A DNA stretch of 64,000 nucleotides, from the NCBI GenBank assembly GCA_964291405.2, contig OZ219926.1, positions 2,656,001-2,720,000 of the forward strand, in the 5' to 3' direction. Of the stretch, positions 29,891 through 40,129 are shown piece after piece. Position 1 is the first letter of the stretch. Each line of letters opens with the position of its first letter. Origin of the DNA: Thermodesulfobacteriota bacterium. Its GTDB lineage: Bacteria > Desulfobacterota > Binatia > Bin18. The position numbers and the translations under genes were made by a program. Below the pieces are notes generated by a model. That model ran no database searches. It was not told the DNA's origin and saw only the letters and a program-made list of their open reading frames with translations.

Positions 29891-32257
29891 ATGGCTACTG
29901 CAAACGCCTGGGTCGGACAATCCATTAAACGCAAGGAAGATCGCCGTTTATTAGTTGGGGACGGACAATACCTGCCTGATATCGTCCTGCCACGCATGGT
30001 CGTTATGGGCTTTGTGCGCAGCATCTACGCGCATGCGAAAATCACGTCTATAGATGCCGCTCAGGCGACTGCCCTGCCTGGCGTGCGAGCCGTGCTCACT
30101 GGCGCCGATGTCAAACACCTTGGGTCGGTGCTGTCGGACATGAGCACGCCGAATCTGCCCGGCGAGACCAAACGGCCGGTCTTTTGGCCGCTGTCGATTG
30201 ACGAGGTGAAATACGTCGGCGATCCGCTGGCCGTTGTGGTCGCCCGCGATAAATACACCCTCGAAGATGCGATTGAGCTGGTCGACGTTGAGTATGATCC
30301 GCTCGATATCGTAATCGATCCCGAGCATGCCCTCCAAGCCGACGCGCCGCGTCTCTATCCTGACTGGGGCGACAACGTACTCTACCACCAGCATATTCCT
30401 GCCGGCGATCCCGACGCGGCCTTTGCCCAGGCGGACCTGGTTATCAAAGAACGTTTTCGGTGCCACCGTACCGGCGGCCAGCCCATGGAGACCCGTGGCT
30501 GCCTGGCAGTGTATAACCCAGGCGAGGGGCTGACCTTGTGGCTGACCACGCAGCGCCCGCACATCAAACGCCACTTGCTTGCCGAATACCTCAACCTGCC
30601 ACACAGCCAGATGCGGGTGATTATGCCCAAAGACATGGGCGGCGCGTTTGGGACTAAGGCGCCACTCTATCGGGAAGAACTCATGGCCTGTCATTTGGCC
30701 ATGAAGCTCCGCCGACCGGTGAAATGGGTCGAGAACCGTCAAGAAAGTTTGATGAATGTGGGGCAGGGACGGGATCAGATTCATGAGCTTGAACTGGCCG
30801 TGAAGAAGGACGGCACCATTCTTGGTCTACGGGATCGGATTCTGGCCGATTGCGGCGATGCCCGGACGGCTATTTACGTCGGCTTTGCCATGCCCTTTTT
30901 GGGTGCGATGTACCTCATTAACGGCTACGACATCCCCAACGTGGATATCGATCTCACCTGTGTGGTGACCAATAAAGCCTGTCTTACGCCGAGTCGGGCG
31001 TTTGGTTCGTTTGCCGGACGTTTTGCGCTCGACCGGGCCGTTGAAATGGCCGCCCGCGCTCTGGAGATTGACCCGGTTGAGATTCGTCTCAAAAACGCGA
31101 TCAAGACCTTCCCGCACGTCTCAGCAGTTGGCGTACACGTAGACTCGGGAGACTTTCCCGGCTCGTTTGCCAAGGCGTGTGCCGCGCTGGATTACGACAA
31201 TTTTCGGCAAGAACAGTCCGAGGCATGGCAAAACGGACGTTATCTTGGCGTCGGCTTCAGCATGGGAGTGGAAATTTCCGGGGTTCCCTCAGAGGTGCTG
31301 GTCCCCATGGAACGCCAGCCCGGCTTTGGCGTGGCAACGGTCCAGTTCGACGCGCATGGCAAGGTCCAGGTGGCCGAAGGCGACTCGCCGCACGGCCAGG
31401 GGCATGAGACGACGATCGCCCAAGTCGTCGCCGGTGAACTCGGCCTGTCGCCGGAGGATATTTACGTCACATACGGTGACACGCATTCCGGTCCCTTTGC
31501 TGCGGGCACTATTGGCTCCCGCGGCGCTTCCTATACGCTCAGCGCCGCGGTGCTGGCCGCGCGTGCGTTGCGGCCCAAGATGGCCAATATTGCTGCCCAC
31601 CTGCTGCATATCGAAGCCGGCGAAGACGACTTTGTCTTTCGTGACGGACATGCCATTTTGACCAAAGACGAAAGCCAACGCGTGCCGATTGCCAAGATTG
31701 CCGAGGTAGCGCTGCTCTCCCCCACCGAACTGCCGCCCGGCATGGAGGCCGGCCTTGAACATACCTCCCATTTTGAAGCCGAGACTGCCGGCATGCATAG
31801 CTGCAACGTCCATGCGGCCCAGGTCGAAGTGTTTCCCGACACGGGGGAGTATAAAATTGTACGCTATGTTGCGGTGGATGACGCTGGGCAGCCCATTAAT
31901 CCCATGGTGGTTCGGGGCCAGATCCACGGCGGGGTGGCCATGGGGATAGGCAATGCGTGTATGGAAGAGTTCATCTACGACGAAAACGGCCAGCAACTCA
32001 CGACCACGCTGTTAGACTACCATATCCCATCCTCTCTCGATCTCCCGCATATCGAAACCATCGAACACAACGTTCCCTCCCCCCACACACCGTTAGGCTC
32101 CAAGGGAAAAGGCGAGGGCACACCCGGTATGGTGCCGGCTGCGGTGGCGAATGCGATCGAGGACGCCTTGCAACCCCTGGGTGTCAAAATCACGGACCTG
32201 CCCCTCACCCCAGAGCGAATTTGGAAGCTGATTCAGGCGGTGCAATCAAAAGAATAA
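29891..32257 (+). CDS. Xanthine dehydrogenase family molybdopterin-binding subunit (CoxL-like, not form I CODH)
   Basis: RKED.RL..G.GQY, METRG, MGGAFG.K, HGQGHET, QIHGG, KG.GE; active-site loop PSRAFG. Confidence 0.88.
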   Translation: MATANAWVGQSIKRKEDRRLLVGDGQYLPDIVLPRMVVMGFVRSIYAHAKITSIDAAQATALPGVRAVLTGADVKHLGSVLSDMSTPNLPGETKRPVFWPLSIDEVKYVGDPLAVVVARDKYTLEDAIELVDVEYDPLDIVIDPEHALQADAPRLYPDWGDNVLYHQHIPAGDPDAAFAQADLVIKERFRCHRTGGQPMETRGCLAVYNPGEGLTLWLTTQRPHIKRHLLAEYLNLPHSQMRVIMPKDMGGAFGTKAPLYREELMACHLAMKLRRPVKWVENRQESLMNVGQGRDQIHELELAVKKDGTILGLRDRILADCGDARTAIYVGFAMPFLGAMYLINGYDIPNVDIDLTCVVTNKACLTPSRAFGSFAGRFALDRAVEMAARALEIDPVEIRLKNAIKTFPHVSAVGVHVDSGDFPGSFAKACAALDYDNFRQEQSEAWQNGRYLGVGFSMGVEISGVPSEVLVPMERQPGFGVATVQFDAHGKVQVAEGDSPHGQGHETTIAQVVAGELGLSPEDIYVTYGDTHSGPFAAGTIGSRGASYTLSAAVLAARALRPKMANIAAHLLHIEAGEDDFVFRDGHAILTKDESQRVPIAKIAEVALLSPTELPPGMEAGLEHTSHFEAETAGMHSCNVHAAQVEVFPDTGEYKIVRYVAVDDAGQPINPMVVRGQIHGGVAMGIGNACMEEFIYDENGQQLTTTLLDYHIPSSLDLPHIETIEHNVPSPHTPLGSKGKGEGTPGMVPAAVANAIEDALQPLGVKITDLPLTPERIWKLIQAVQSKE

Positions 32258-32341
32258 GGCGCGGGAAGACCTCGTCGTTACTTCTCGGGAAAACAGAGAG
32301 CCTCAGACACAGGTCGTCCAGAAGACGAAGGAGGGATAAGT

Positions 32342-33106
32342 ATGGCATCACTGACTGGGAGAGTCGCTATCGTGACCGGGGCGGCGCGGGGCATTGGCCA
32401 GGAGTACTGCTGTGCCTTTGCGCGAGAGGGAGCCCGGGTGGTCGCAACCGACGTCCTGTCGTGCGAGGAGACCGTCGCCAGAGTCCATGACTCGGGGGGA
32501 GAGGTGGTGGAGGTGACCACTGATGTCACGAGCGCCCAGAGCACCGAAGCCATGGCCGCCGAGGCGCTCGAACGTTTTGGCCGGATCGATATCCTGGTCA
32601 ATAATGCCGCCCTGTATGGGGGGATGTGGGTCGGCCCGTTCGATCAGATCTCAGAGGCCGACTGGGATCGGATGATGGAGGTGAACGTCAAAGGCATCTG
32701 GCTGTGTTGTAAGGCGGTCGTGCCGACGATGAAGGAACAGGGCAAGGGTAAGATCATTAATGTTTCGTCGAGTACGATCTGGGCCGGCGACCCGTTTGCT
32801 CTGCATTACGTCGCCTCAAAGGGGGCGGTGTTTTCCCTCACGCGTGCGCTGGCGAGAGAACTCGCCGGAACGGGGATTAATGTCAACGCCATCACCCCCG
32901 GCCACACGATGACCGAAGCGAGCAAGACGATTCTCGACCCCGAAACCTTTGAGCGGTTCCGGCGGCAATCGGTCAAGCGGCAGATTATCAAGCGCAACGA
33001 AGAGCCGGAGGACGTGGCGGGGACGGTTCTCTTTTTAGCGTCGGATGCGAGTGACTTTATGAGCGGACAAACGCTCAATATCGATGGCGGGCGGTGCCAT
33101 TACTAA
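32342..33106 (+). CDS. SDR family oxidoreductase
   Basis: TGAARGIG, NNA, YVASK. Confidence 0.92.
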   Translation: MASLTGRVAIVTGAARGIGQEYCCAFAREGARVVATDVLSCEETVARVHDSGGEVVEVTTDVTSAQSTEAMAAEALERFGRIDILVNNAALYGGMWVGPFDQISEADWDRMMEVNVKGIWLCCKAVVPTMKEQGKGKIINVSSSTIWAGDPFALHYVASKGAVFSLTRALARELAGTGINVNAITPGHTMTEASKTILDPETFERFRRQSVKRQIIKRNEEPEDVAGTVLFLASDASDFMSGQTLNIDGGRCHY

Positions 33107-33120
33107 CGACTGGGTAGAAC

Positions 33121-33148
33121 CGGAGAAGAAATAGGCTTTTTTCTTCCG
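33121..33148. terminator. Possible bidirectional terminator hairpin
   Basis: gaagaaa...tttcttc stem between convergent genes. Confidence 0.35.
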
Positions 33149-33150
33149 CC

Positions 33151-33711
33151 TTACATCTTGACCTGCACCGTCACTCCGGTCCGGGCGACTAGATTCTTTT
33201 TATCAAGGTCCGGTCCGTGCGCTTCCCCATCAACGACATTATCGGGCATGAGATTCTGCGTGGTCTCCCGGCGCAGGATAACGATTACATTTGACTGATC
33301 GACCAGGGCAAACGGAAACTCGTGCCAGGTTCCGACCTTCATCGTAAAGCCGGACGAGCCGTCGAACAGGAGCGCCCGGGCCTGTCCGAGGTCCGGCAGA
33401 TCGCCCTCGGTTGGTGGGGCAAGGACAACGACGAAGGGTTTCCCCTCAAGCGGAATGAAGGTCTGCGTATGCTTGAAATGGCGCTCCATCCACTGGACCT
33501 GCATCTCGCGGCGGTCAACGCTGGCCAGGGTGAGCATGGTCTCTTCATCAGACTCGAACGTTACCGGAGCGTAGACGCTGACCTTGCCGTCGTAAAAGGC
33601 GACCGGCAGCGGCTTGGCCTGCTCATGGATGCCGAGCAATTGTCCGAATGGCGCAACCGTTTCAGGGGTGGCCTGTTCTACGGGAATTTCATGGATGGTT
33701 GGGGCTGTCAT
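33151..33711 (-). CDS. Ureidoglycolate lyase family (cupin)
   Basis: APFG, MERH.K.TQTFIPL, GTWH. Confidence 0.75.
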   Translation of the reverse strand: MTAPTIHEIPVEQATPETVAPFGQLLGIHEQAKPLPVAFYDGKVSVYAPVTFESDEETMLTLASVDRREMQVQWMERHFKHTQTFIPLEGKPFVVVLAPPTEGDLPDLGQARALLFDGSSGFTMKVGTWHEFPFALVDQSNVIVILRRETTQNLMPDNVVDGEAHGPDLDKKNLVARTGVTVQVKM

Positions 33712-33833
33712 ACGAGACCCTCCTTTGTGGGGATTGTGCCAAGCCCGAAGCCATTCGACAACCTGGCATATCCTAGTGCTCTCTTCAGGGAATAGATATG
33801 CTCTGTTCAGCCTAACGAGAAGAAGAGGATATC

Positions 33834-34505
33834 ATGGCCGCGACCGATCTGTTTGACATCATGTATTCCTGCCGCAGCATGCGCCGCCTCAGGACCGACC
33901 CGGTTCCATTAGAACTGATTTACAAGGTGATTGAAGCTGGTACTCAAGGGCCGAGTGGGGGCGGGGTCCAGGCCTGGCGCTTTGTGGTAGTCACAGAACG
34001 GCGGGTAAAAGAACAGATTGCCGAGATCTATCTACACGGCTGGCGCATGGCGGAAACCAATTATGCCAAAGCCGGACTCACGCCAGAGAACAGCAAAAAC
34101 GTTCGTGCTGCCGCTTATCTGGCCGAGCACCTGGCTGAGGCGCCGGTCCTGCTTATCCCCTGTCTCCGCTCACGCAAGAGTCATGAGGCCCGTCTCAACG
34201 GACCGAACAGAGAAACCTTTCTGCGGATTCTGGGCGGGAGTATCTATCCCGCGATTCAGAATATCCTGCTGGCGTGCCGGGCCCTTGGTCTCGGTGCCTC
34301 ACTCACGACGATTACGACGTTGTATGAGGATGAGATGCGGAAAATTCTCGACCTGCCCGAATTTATTACAACGTACGCGCTCATTCCAATTGGCTATCCC
34401 AAAGGCAAATTCGGGCCAGTGACCCGACGCCCGGTCGAAGAGGTGACCTGGCTGAATCGATATGGGGAGGCGTTCCCACAACTCCCCGCTGTGGAAAACG
34501 CATAG
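33834..34505 (+). CDS. Nitroreductase family protein
   Basis: RSMRR, PSG...Q.W.F.V, QNILLA.RALGLG, IPIGYP. Confidence 0.88.
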   Translation: MAATDLFDIMYSCRSMRRLRTDPVPLELIYKVIEAGTQGPSGGGVQAWRFVVVTERRVKEQIAEIYLHGWRMAETNYAKAGLTPENSKNVRAAAYLAEHLAEAPVLLIPCLRSRKSHEARLNGPNRETFLRILGGSIYPAIQNILLACRALGLGASLTTITTLYEDEMRKILDLPEFITTYALIPIGYPKGKFGPVTRRPVEEVTWLNRYGEAFPQLPAVENA

Positions 34506-34513
34506 GGGATTGG

Positions 34514-34540
34514 GTAGGGCAGCCCTGTACGGCTGTCCCT
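34514..34540. repeat. REP-like hairpin between convergent genes
   Basis: gtagggcagcc-ctgtac-ggctgtccct. Confidence 0.55.
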
Positions 34541-34544
34541 CTGC

Positions 34545-35048
34545 CTAATCCTGCTTCAACTCGGGAAAAAGATCGCGCTTGGGGACATGCGCCTGTTTCC
34601 AGACCATCACGTTACGCGTGTACTGACACACCAAGGTGCCGTCTTGTTTGACCCCTCGGGTCTCAACTTTGATGATTCCCCACTGTGGCTTGGACTTGGA
34701 TTCGCGCTTCTCCAGGACTTCCGACTCGGAATACAGCGTATCACCGGCAAATACCGGATTCGGGAGGGTGACATTGTCCCAGCCCAGGTTAAAACCGTTC
34801 TCACTCACATCGGCGACACCGAGCCCAGCAACAATCGCCAGGGTGAGCCCGCTGTTAATCAGGCATTGGCCGAATTCGGTCTGTTTGCCGTATTCGTTAT
34901 TAAAATGAATTTGATTGGTGTTACAGGTCAGCAGGGTGAACCAGGTATTATCCGTCTCGGTCACCGTACGCCCCAAGCGACAGCGATAGACATCCCCGAT
35001 TTCAAAGTCTTCGTAGCATCGTCCTTCCCAGCCAGGTTTGACCGCCAT
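34545..35048 (-). CDS. MaoC family dehydratase
   Basis: GR.YEDF..G, GRTVTE.DN, PVFAGDTL; SD AAGGAGG. Confidence 0.88.
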   Translation of the reverse strand: MAVKPGWEGRCYEDFEIGDVYRCRLGRTVTETDNTWFTLLTCNTNQIHFNNEYGKQTEFGQCLINSGLTLAIVAGLGVADVSENGFNLGWDNVTLPNPVFAGDTLYSESEVLEKRESKSKPQWGIIKVETRGVKQDGTLVCQYTRNVMVWKQAHVPKRDLFPELKQD

Positions 35049-35169
35049 AAGAACCTCCTTACATAGTCTGGTGTGGGTCGCAGTGTACCACAGGACCTCT
35101 GCCTGGAGGAGTATGGGACGGGAGGCCACCAATGGCCCAGGGCTATCCTTCTGAGTAAGGGAGCGCCTC

Positions 35170-35643
35170 TCACCAGTAGTGTGCCTTTGGCTTCGGAGTC
35201 TGCTCGGCGGGAGGCGTCTCCTCTTCTTCTTCAAGGACGGCTGAGACAAGAGTGAGCCGACCACTCATTTGGTAGAAAAATCCGGCAAGCAGGACGGGTT
35301 TCCGAATATGCTCTTCGGTCAGGAGCGGAGCTAAAACCTCTGCATTGAGGATACGCAGATTCGGTTTGTGCCGGCGCATATTTCGGAGTATGGAAAGCTC
35401 GCTTTGTGTCCGGCTCGTGGTGCGGAATTCATCGACCTGAAGATAGACCTCCTCTTCTTTGGAAATCCCGAAAGCCAGGAGGTCGTCATGTCTGCCAGGC
35501 TCACCGGTCGGCACGAAATAGAGCTTCCCGCTGAGGCGGACTGGCAGCGGAGGACCTTCGGCGCCAGACGCTGACGGGAGGACAAGTAAAAGGGCAAACA
35601 CCCAGACCAGGAGGCTGAGGTGTTTGAGGTATTGCCTGAACAT
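35170..35643 (-). CDS. Secreted hypothetical protein (paralog of 18159..18629)
   Basis: Signal peptide, PVRLSG...GFFY...LVSAV. Confidence 0.6.
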   Translation of the reverse strand: MFRQYLKHLSLLVWVFALLLVLPSASGAEGPPLPVRLSGKLYFVPTGEPGRHDDLLAFGISKEEEVYLQVDEFRTTSRTQSELSILRNMRRHKPNLRILNAEVLAPLLTEEHIRKPVLLAGFFYQMSGRLTLVSAVLEEEEETPPAEQTPKPKAHYW

Positions 35644-35695
35644 TGGACGCCTATCCTCTGATTGTCTGATACGCCTCCCCGTTGCCTCACTCTCT

Positions 35696-37180
35696 CTAGT
35701 CGTTTCCCGGCTTGGGCTCCTCCTGGCAGGGAGAGAGGACAGGCTGCTGCATCGAAATCAGCGGCAGTCGGACAGTGAAACAGCTTCCTTGCCCTCCGCG
35801 GCTCTCGACACTGATCTGCCCCCCATGCGCGAGCACAATTGAGCGGGCTAATGCCAGGCCGAGGCCGGTCCCTCCGCGGCTCTGGGCCGGGTCAGCGCGA
35901 TAAAAGCGATCAAAGATGTGAGGCCGCTCCTCGGCGGCAATACCGGCTCCGGTGTCTCTGACCGACAGATACGCCTCCGTCCCCTGTGGTTCCAGGGTCA
36001 GTGTCACAGTCCCGCCCTCCGGTGTGTATTTAATCGCATTCTCACCCAGGTTGAACAGAAGCCGGAACAGCATGGTTTTGCTGCCCCGCGTCCAGAGTTC
36101 GGTGGGCGCGTCATGCCTGAAGGTGATATGCGCCGTCTCGGCCAGCGCGTCCAACGCCACACAAACGTTGCGCAGGACTGCTGCCAGATCGACCGGCGTA
36201 CGCGCGATGCTCATATTGCCGCTGTCAGAGCGGGCCAGAAAGAGCAGGTCCGTGACGAGCGTGCTAAGGCGGTCAACTTCTTCAAGACAGCTGACCAGGA
36301 CGGAGCGATATTCCTCCGGTGTCGGGGGAGAACGGAGCGCAACCTCAAGCTCACCTTTTAAGATCGTGAGCGGGGTGCGCAGTTCATGAGCGGCATCTGC
36401 GCTAAAGTGCTTGACGGCAGCAAACGCACGTTCCAGTCGCTCCAGCATGGCGTTTAAGACGGCGGCCAGACGGCCGAGCTCATCCGTGCTATCCGCGGCC
36501 TCGATCCGGCGCGAGAGGTCTTCCGCCTCTATTGCCCGGGCCGTATCGACCATCGCATCCACGGGGGCTAGGGCACGTCGTGCCAGAAACCAGCCGCCCA
36601 CCCCAGATCCCCCGAGCGCCAGCGGGATCAGACCCAAGAGAATCAAGAGAAACCGGGAACGGGCCGCGTCCGCACTCTCAAGGGGCATGGCGACCTGAAC
36701 GAGATGAATCATCCGGCCACGTTCGATAACGGGCAGCGTCAGCAGCCGGACCGGTATTCCCTCCCTATCCCCCCCCTGAGGAGGGAGTAAGGTGATGGTC
36801 TGATAGGTTTCCCGGCCGTGCCGGGCGTTCAACTGCGCTTCCGGGCTGAGTGGGAATTGCATGCGCGGACGCGGCACAACGCGGGGGTCCGGACGACCGA
36901 ACGGATCGAGTAGACGAAAGAACCGAGAGGCCGGTCCAGGACCGAACGGACCGAGCAGCGCGTCCAAAGCCGCCCCGAAATCACGTCCCGGTGACGGGGG
37001 ACGCCGAACTGAATCGGCAATGGACACGGCGACCGATTTCAGCGAGGCGTCAATGTTGTCGCGCAACCCCCGGTCGAGGAGGATGAGGGACGCCGTCCCA
37101 AGGAGGACTAACATCCCGGTCAGCAGAGCCGTATACCACAGCGTCAGGCGGGCTCGCAGACTGGAAAAGAGTAAGCGCAT
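35696..37180 (-). CDS. Sensor histidine kinase (CusS/CzcS-like, HAMP)
   Basis: DELGRL, HELRTPL, NAIKY, DTG.GI, GTGLGL. Confidence 0.92.
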   Translation of the reverse strand: MRLLFSSLRARLTLWYTALLTGMLVLLGTASLILLDRGLRDNIDASLKSVAVSIADSVRRPPSPGRDFGAALDALLGPFGPGPASRFFRLLDPFGRPDPRVVPRPRMQFPLSPEAQLNARHGRETYQTITLLPPQGGDREGIPVRLLTLPVIERGRMIHLVQVAMPLESADAARSRFLLILLGLIPLALGGSGVGGWFLARRALAPVDAMVDTARAIEAEDLSRRIEAADSTDELGRLAAVLNAMLERLERAFAAVKHFSADAAHELRTPLTILKGELEVALRSPPTPEEYRSVLVSCLEEVDRLSTLVTDLLFLARSDSGNMSIARTPVDLAAVLRNVCVALDALAETAHITFRHDAPTELWTRGSKTMLFRLLFNLGENAIKYTPEGGTVTLTLEPQGTEAYLSVRDTGAGIAAEERPHIFDRFYRADPAQSRGGTGLGLALARSIVLAHGGQISVESRGGQGSCFTVRLPLISMQQPVLSPCQEEPKPGND

Positions 37181-37857
37181 TATCCCTCAGGTTCCTTTAT
37201 GGCATAGCCCACCCCGCGCACGGTATGGATCAGTTTGGTGGGGAACCCTACATCAATCTTTTTTCTGAGATAATTGACATACACGTCAATCACATTGGTA
37301 AAGGTGTCGAAATCCACGCCCCACACATGCTGTGCGATAAGGGCGCGGCTGAGCACGCGCCCAGGGTGGCGTAAAAAGAATTCGAGCAGGGAGAATTCTT
37401 TTGCGGTCAGTTCAATCCGGGTTCCCGCGCGTGTGACCTCGCGCGAAACCAGGTCGAGCTCCAAGTCCGCTACGCTCAAGGTGGAGAGAGACAAGGAGCT
37501 GCCCCGGCGCAGTAAGACGCGAATCCGGGCGAGTAGTTCTTCAAAGGCAAACGGTTTTGTCAGATAGTCATCCGCGCCTCGATCCAACCCGGTGACTTTA
37601 TCCGCAACCGTATCACGCGCGGTGAGCATCAGAACCGGAACGTAGAGCTTGTGCCGCCGCATCTCCTGGAGGACGCTCAATCCATCCCGCTTGGGCAGCA
37701 TCACGTCCAGAATGACCAGATCGTACTCGTGGCCGAACGCTTGGGTCAGTCCAGCCTCGCCGTCCGGGGCGATATCAACGCTATAGCCTTCGGCCTCAAG
37801 ACCGCGGCGGATAAAACTGGCGACCTTTGCTTCGTCTTCAATGACAAGGATACGCAT
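37180..37857 (-). CDS. OmpR-family response regulator (CusR-like)
   Basis: MRILVIEDE, LDVMLP, GADDYLTKPF, HTVRGVGY. Confidence 0.92.
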   Translation of the reverse strand: MRILVIEDEAKVASFIRRGLEAEGYSVDIAPDGEAGLTQAFGHEYDLVILDVMLPKRDGLSVLQEMRRHKLYVPVLMLTARDTVADKVTGLDRGADDYLTKPFAFEELLARIRVLLRRGSSLSLSTLSVADLELDLVSREVTRAGTRIELTAKEFSLLEFFLRHPGRVLSRALIAQHVWGVDFDTFTNVIDVYVNYLRKKIDVGFPTKLIHTVRGVGYAIKEPEG

Positions 37858-37982
37858 GTCTCTCGGCTGCCTCAGGTTCACGAACAGCGTGAATGGGCGT
37901 ATTGTAGCAGACACCGAGGGAATCACAGACCCATGTCGAGCTGCTTGCTCAGCTCTCTTTGACTGACTATGTGTGAGTGTAT

Positions 37983-38294
37983 ATGCCTATAGGACGCCCG
38001 AGCCTGTCCCCTCTTCACATTCTGAAACTCGTCCGGCGGCTGCCCCAGTTTGCAAAGCTGTTCTGGCGGCTGTTTCGAGACCGGCGGGTGCCGCTCCGGG
38101 CCAAGGTTGTGCTGATCGGAGCACTGGTCTATATGCTGCTGCCTATGGACTTACTGCCAGATATTCTGCCTTTTGTCGGCATTGCCGACGATATTACCGT
38201 CCTGTTACTTGCCGGTCGCTGGTTCCTTTCCCTGTGTCCACCTGACGTGGTACAGGAGCAGGTGAGAGCATTGAGTGAGGAAGCCGCTGGTTAA
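37983..38294 (+). CDS. YkvA / DUF1232 family membrane protein
   Basis: D.RVP..AK, Y.L.P.DL.PD..P.VG..DD. Confidence 0.85.
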   Translation: MPIGRPSLSPLHILKLVRRLPQFAKLFWRLFRDRRVPLRAKVVLIGALVYMLLPMDLLPDILPFVGIADDITVLLLAGRWFLSLCPPDVVQEQVRALSEEAAG

Positions 38295-38313
38295 TGACTG
38301 TTTGTCTTGTCAA

Positions 38314-38365
38314 CAGAAGTATCGAGAATGACCTCTGATTGGATTGAAGATTCTCGATACTTCTG
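38314..38365. repeat. 16-bp perfect inverted repeat with 20-nt loop, abutting the ggt SD
   Basis: cagaagtatcgagaat / attctcgatacttctg followed directly by aaggag. Confidence 0.8.
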
Positions 38366-38377
38366 AAGGAGTGATCT

Positions 38378-40129
38378 ATGGCCTATCGCCCGACTCTGAT
38401 GAGTACGCGAGGGATGATTTCGACCGAACACTATCTATCCGCCGAAGCCGGCATGCACATTCTCCGTTCTGGGGGTAACGCGTTTGATGCGGCCGTTGCC
38501 GCGGCGTTGGCCGAAGGCGTACTCAACCCCCATATGCATACGTTTGGGGGCGAACTGTCCGCGCTCGCCTATAGTGCGACGGACAAGAAAGTCTTCTCGA
38601 TTAACGGCAATACCGTTGCGCCCAAAGCGGCAACGCTTGAATGGTTTCAGCAGCAGGGTATGACCCTCATTCCAGGCAGCGGCGCCCTGGCTGCCGGGCC
38701 GTGTGCGGCCCCGGACGCTTTCATTTCTGCGCTACAGCGCTTTGGGACGTGCAGCTTTGCCCAAGTGGTCGCACCCGCGCTGGAACTGGCTGAGAACGGT
38801 TTTCCCATGCACTGGGCCCTCCGTGGCCCGGCGCCGGCCTATCTGAATATGGACTTTTCGATTGCCGGGAACGCCGAGCATTTCAGGAAACACTGGCCGT
38901 CTTCAGCCAAGGTCTATCTGCCGGACGGACACCTGCCCGATGTCGGTCAAATCATGACGAACCCAGATTTGGCCCGGACATTTCGATGTCTGATGGCGGC
39001 AGAAGAACGGGCCGGTGGTGACCGCCTCGACGGTCTCGCAGCCGCCCGGGCCGAGTTTTATGAAGGGTCTGTCGCTCAGACCATAGCGGTCCATGCGAAA
39101 GCACAGGGTGGGCTTCTGAGCGCGGAAGACCTGGCCGACTTTCATATTCAGATCGAAGAGCCGACAACCCTCAACTACCGTGGTTATGATGTCTACAAAT
39201 GTGGCCCCTGGAGCCAAGGCCCGGTGTTTCTGCAGCAACTGGCCTTGCTTGAAGGGTTTGATCTCAGGGCGATGGGCCTGAATAGTGCGGATTATATTCA
39301 TACGGTCACAGAAGCGGCCAAGCTTGCCTTTGCCGACCGTGAACAATACTACGGAGATCCGAATTTTACCGATGTTCCACTAGAGAGGCTCCTCTCCAAA
39401 GACTATGCGTCCGGCCGGCGTGAGCTGATCGACAACGGACAGGCGTCGCTTGACCAGCGACCAGGGAATCCGCGGACAGGCGCCGCGTTACTCGAAGGGG
39501 AAGATATCTTTGCGGCCCGGAATTGGGGTCCAGGCACCGTCTATGTGGCGGTGATCGATAAAGAGCGGAATATGGCTTCTTTTACCCCGAGCGGGGCCTG
39601 GATTCCGTCCTCTCCGGTAATAGACGGCCTCGGCTTCCCCTTGGGGACCCGAGTGCAGACCTTCTTCCTGGATGCAAAGCATCCGAACGCCTTGGTACCG
39701 GGGAAACGTCCGCGTACTACCCTGACGCCGACCCTGGTCATGCGAGACGGAAACCCCTGTATGGTTTTTGGTACGCCGGGCGGAGACCAGCAGGATCAGT
39801 GGACGCTCCAGTTCTTTCTGGCTGTGGCTGATCTTGAAATGGAAGTACAGGATGCCATAGAAGCTCCCCGATTTTCGACCTCCCACTTCCCGAGCAGTTT
39901 CTATCCGCATAATTGTGTTCCCGGTCTGCTCCGAGTTGAAGAGCGAATTCCTGAAGAGGTCCAACGTGAACTCAAAGCTCGCGGGCATAGGCTCCAGGTC
40001 AACCCGGCATGGAGCGAGGGAGACGTGCTGGGCATCCGCATTGATGCCAAGTCTGGCACGCTGTACGGCGGAGCGGATATACGTGGGGAACAGAGCAAAC
40101 GTATGCCGTCACATATCATTGGCTGGTAA
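38378..40129 (+). CDS. ggt: Gamma-glutamyltransferase family protein
   Basis: GGNAFDAAVA, KLAFADR..Y.GDP, GT nucleophile, PGKRP, GTPGGD. Confidence 0.85.
   Translation: MAYRPTLMSTRGMISTEHYLSAEAGMHILRSGGNAFDAAVAAALAEGVLNPHMHTFGGELSALAYSATDKKVFSINGNTVAPKAATLEWFQQQGMTLIPGSGALAAGPCAAPDAFISALQRFGTCSFAQVVAPALELAENGFPMHWALRGPAPAYLNMDFSIAGNAEHFRKHWPSSAKVYLPDGHLPDVGQIMTNPDLARTFRCLMAAEERAGGDRLDGLAAARAEFYEGSVAQTIAVHAKAQGGLLSAEDLADFHIQIEEPTTLNYRGYDVYKCGPWSQGPVFLQQLALLEGFDLRAMGLNSADYIHTVTEAAKLAFADREQYYGDPNFTDVPLERLLSKDYASGRRELIDNGQASLDQRPGNPRTGAALLEGEDIFAARNWGPGTVYVAVIDKERNMASFTPSGAWIPSSPVIDGLGFPLGTRVQTFFLDAKHPNALVPGKRPRTTLTPTLVMRDGNPCMVFGTPGGDQQDQWTLQFFLAVADLEMEVQDAIEAPRFSTSHFPSSFYPHNCVPGLLRVEERIPEEVQRELKARGHRLQVNPAWSEGDVLGIRIDAKSGTLYGGADIRGEQSKRMPSHIIGW

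Noticed and set aside
29891-32257. Aerobic CO dehydrogenase (coxL form I)
   Set aside because: No AYxCSFR motif and no coxDEFG accessory genes nearby.
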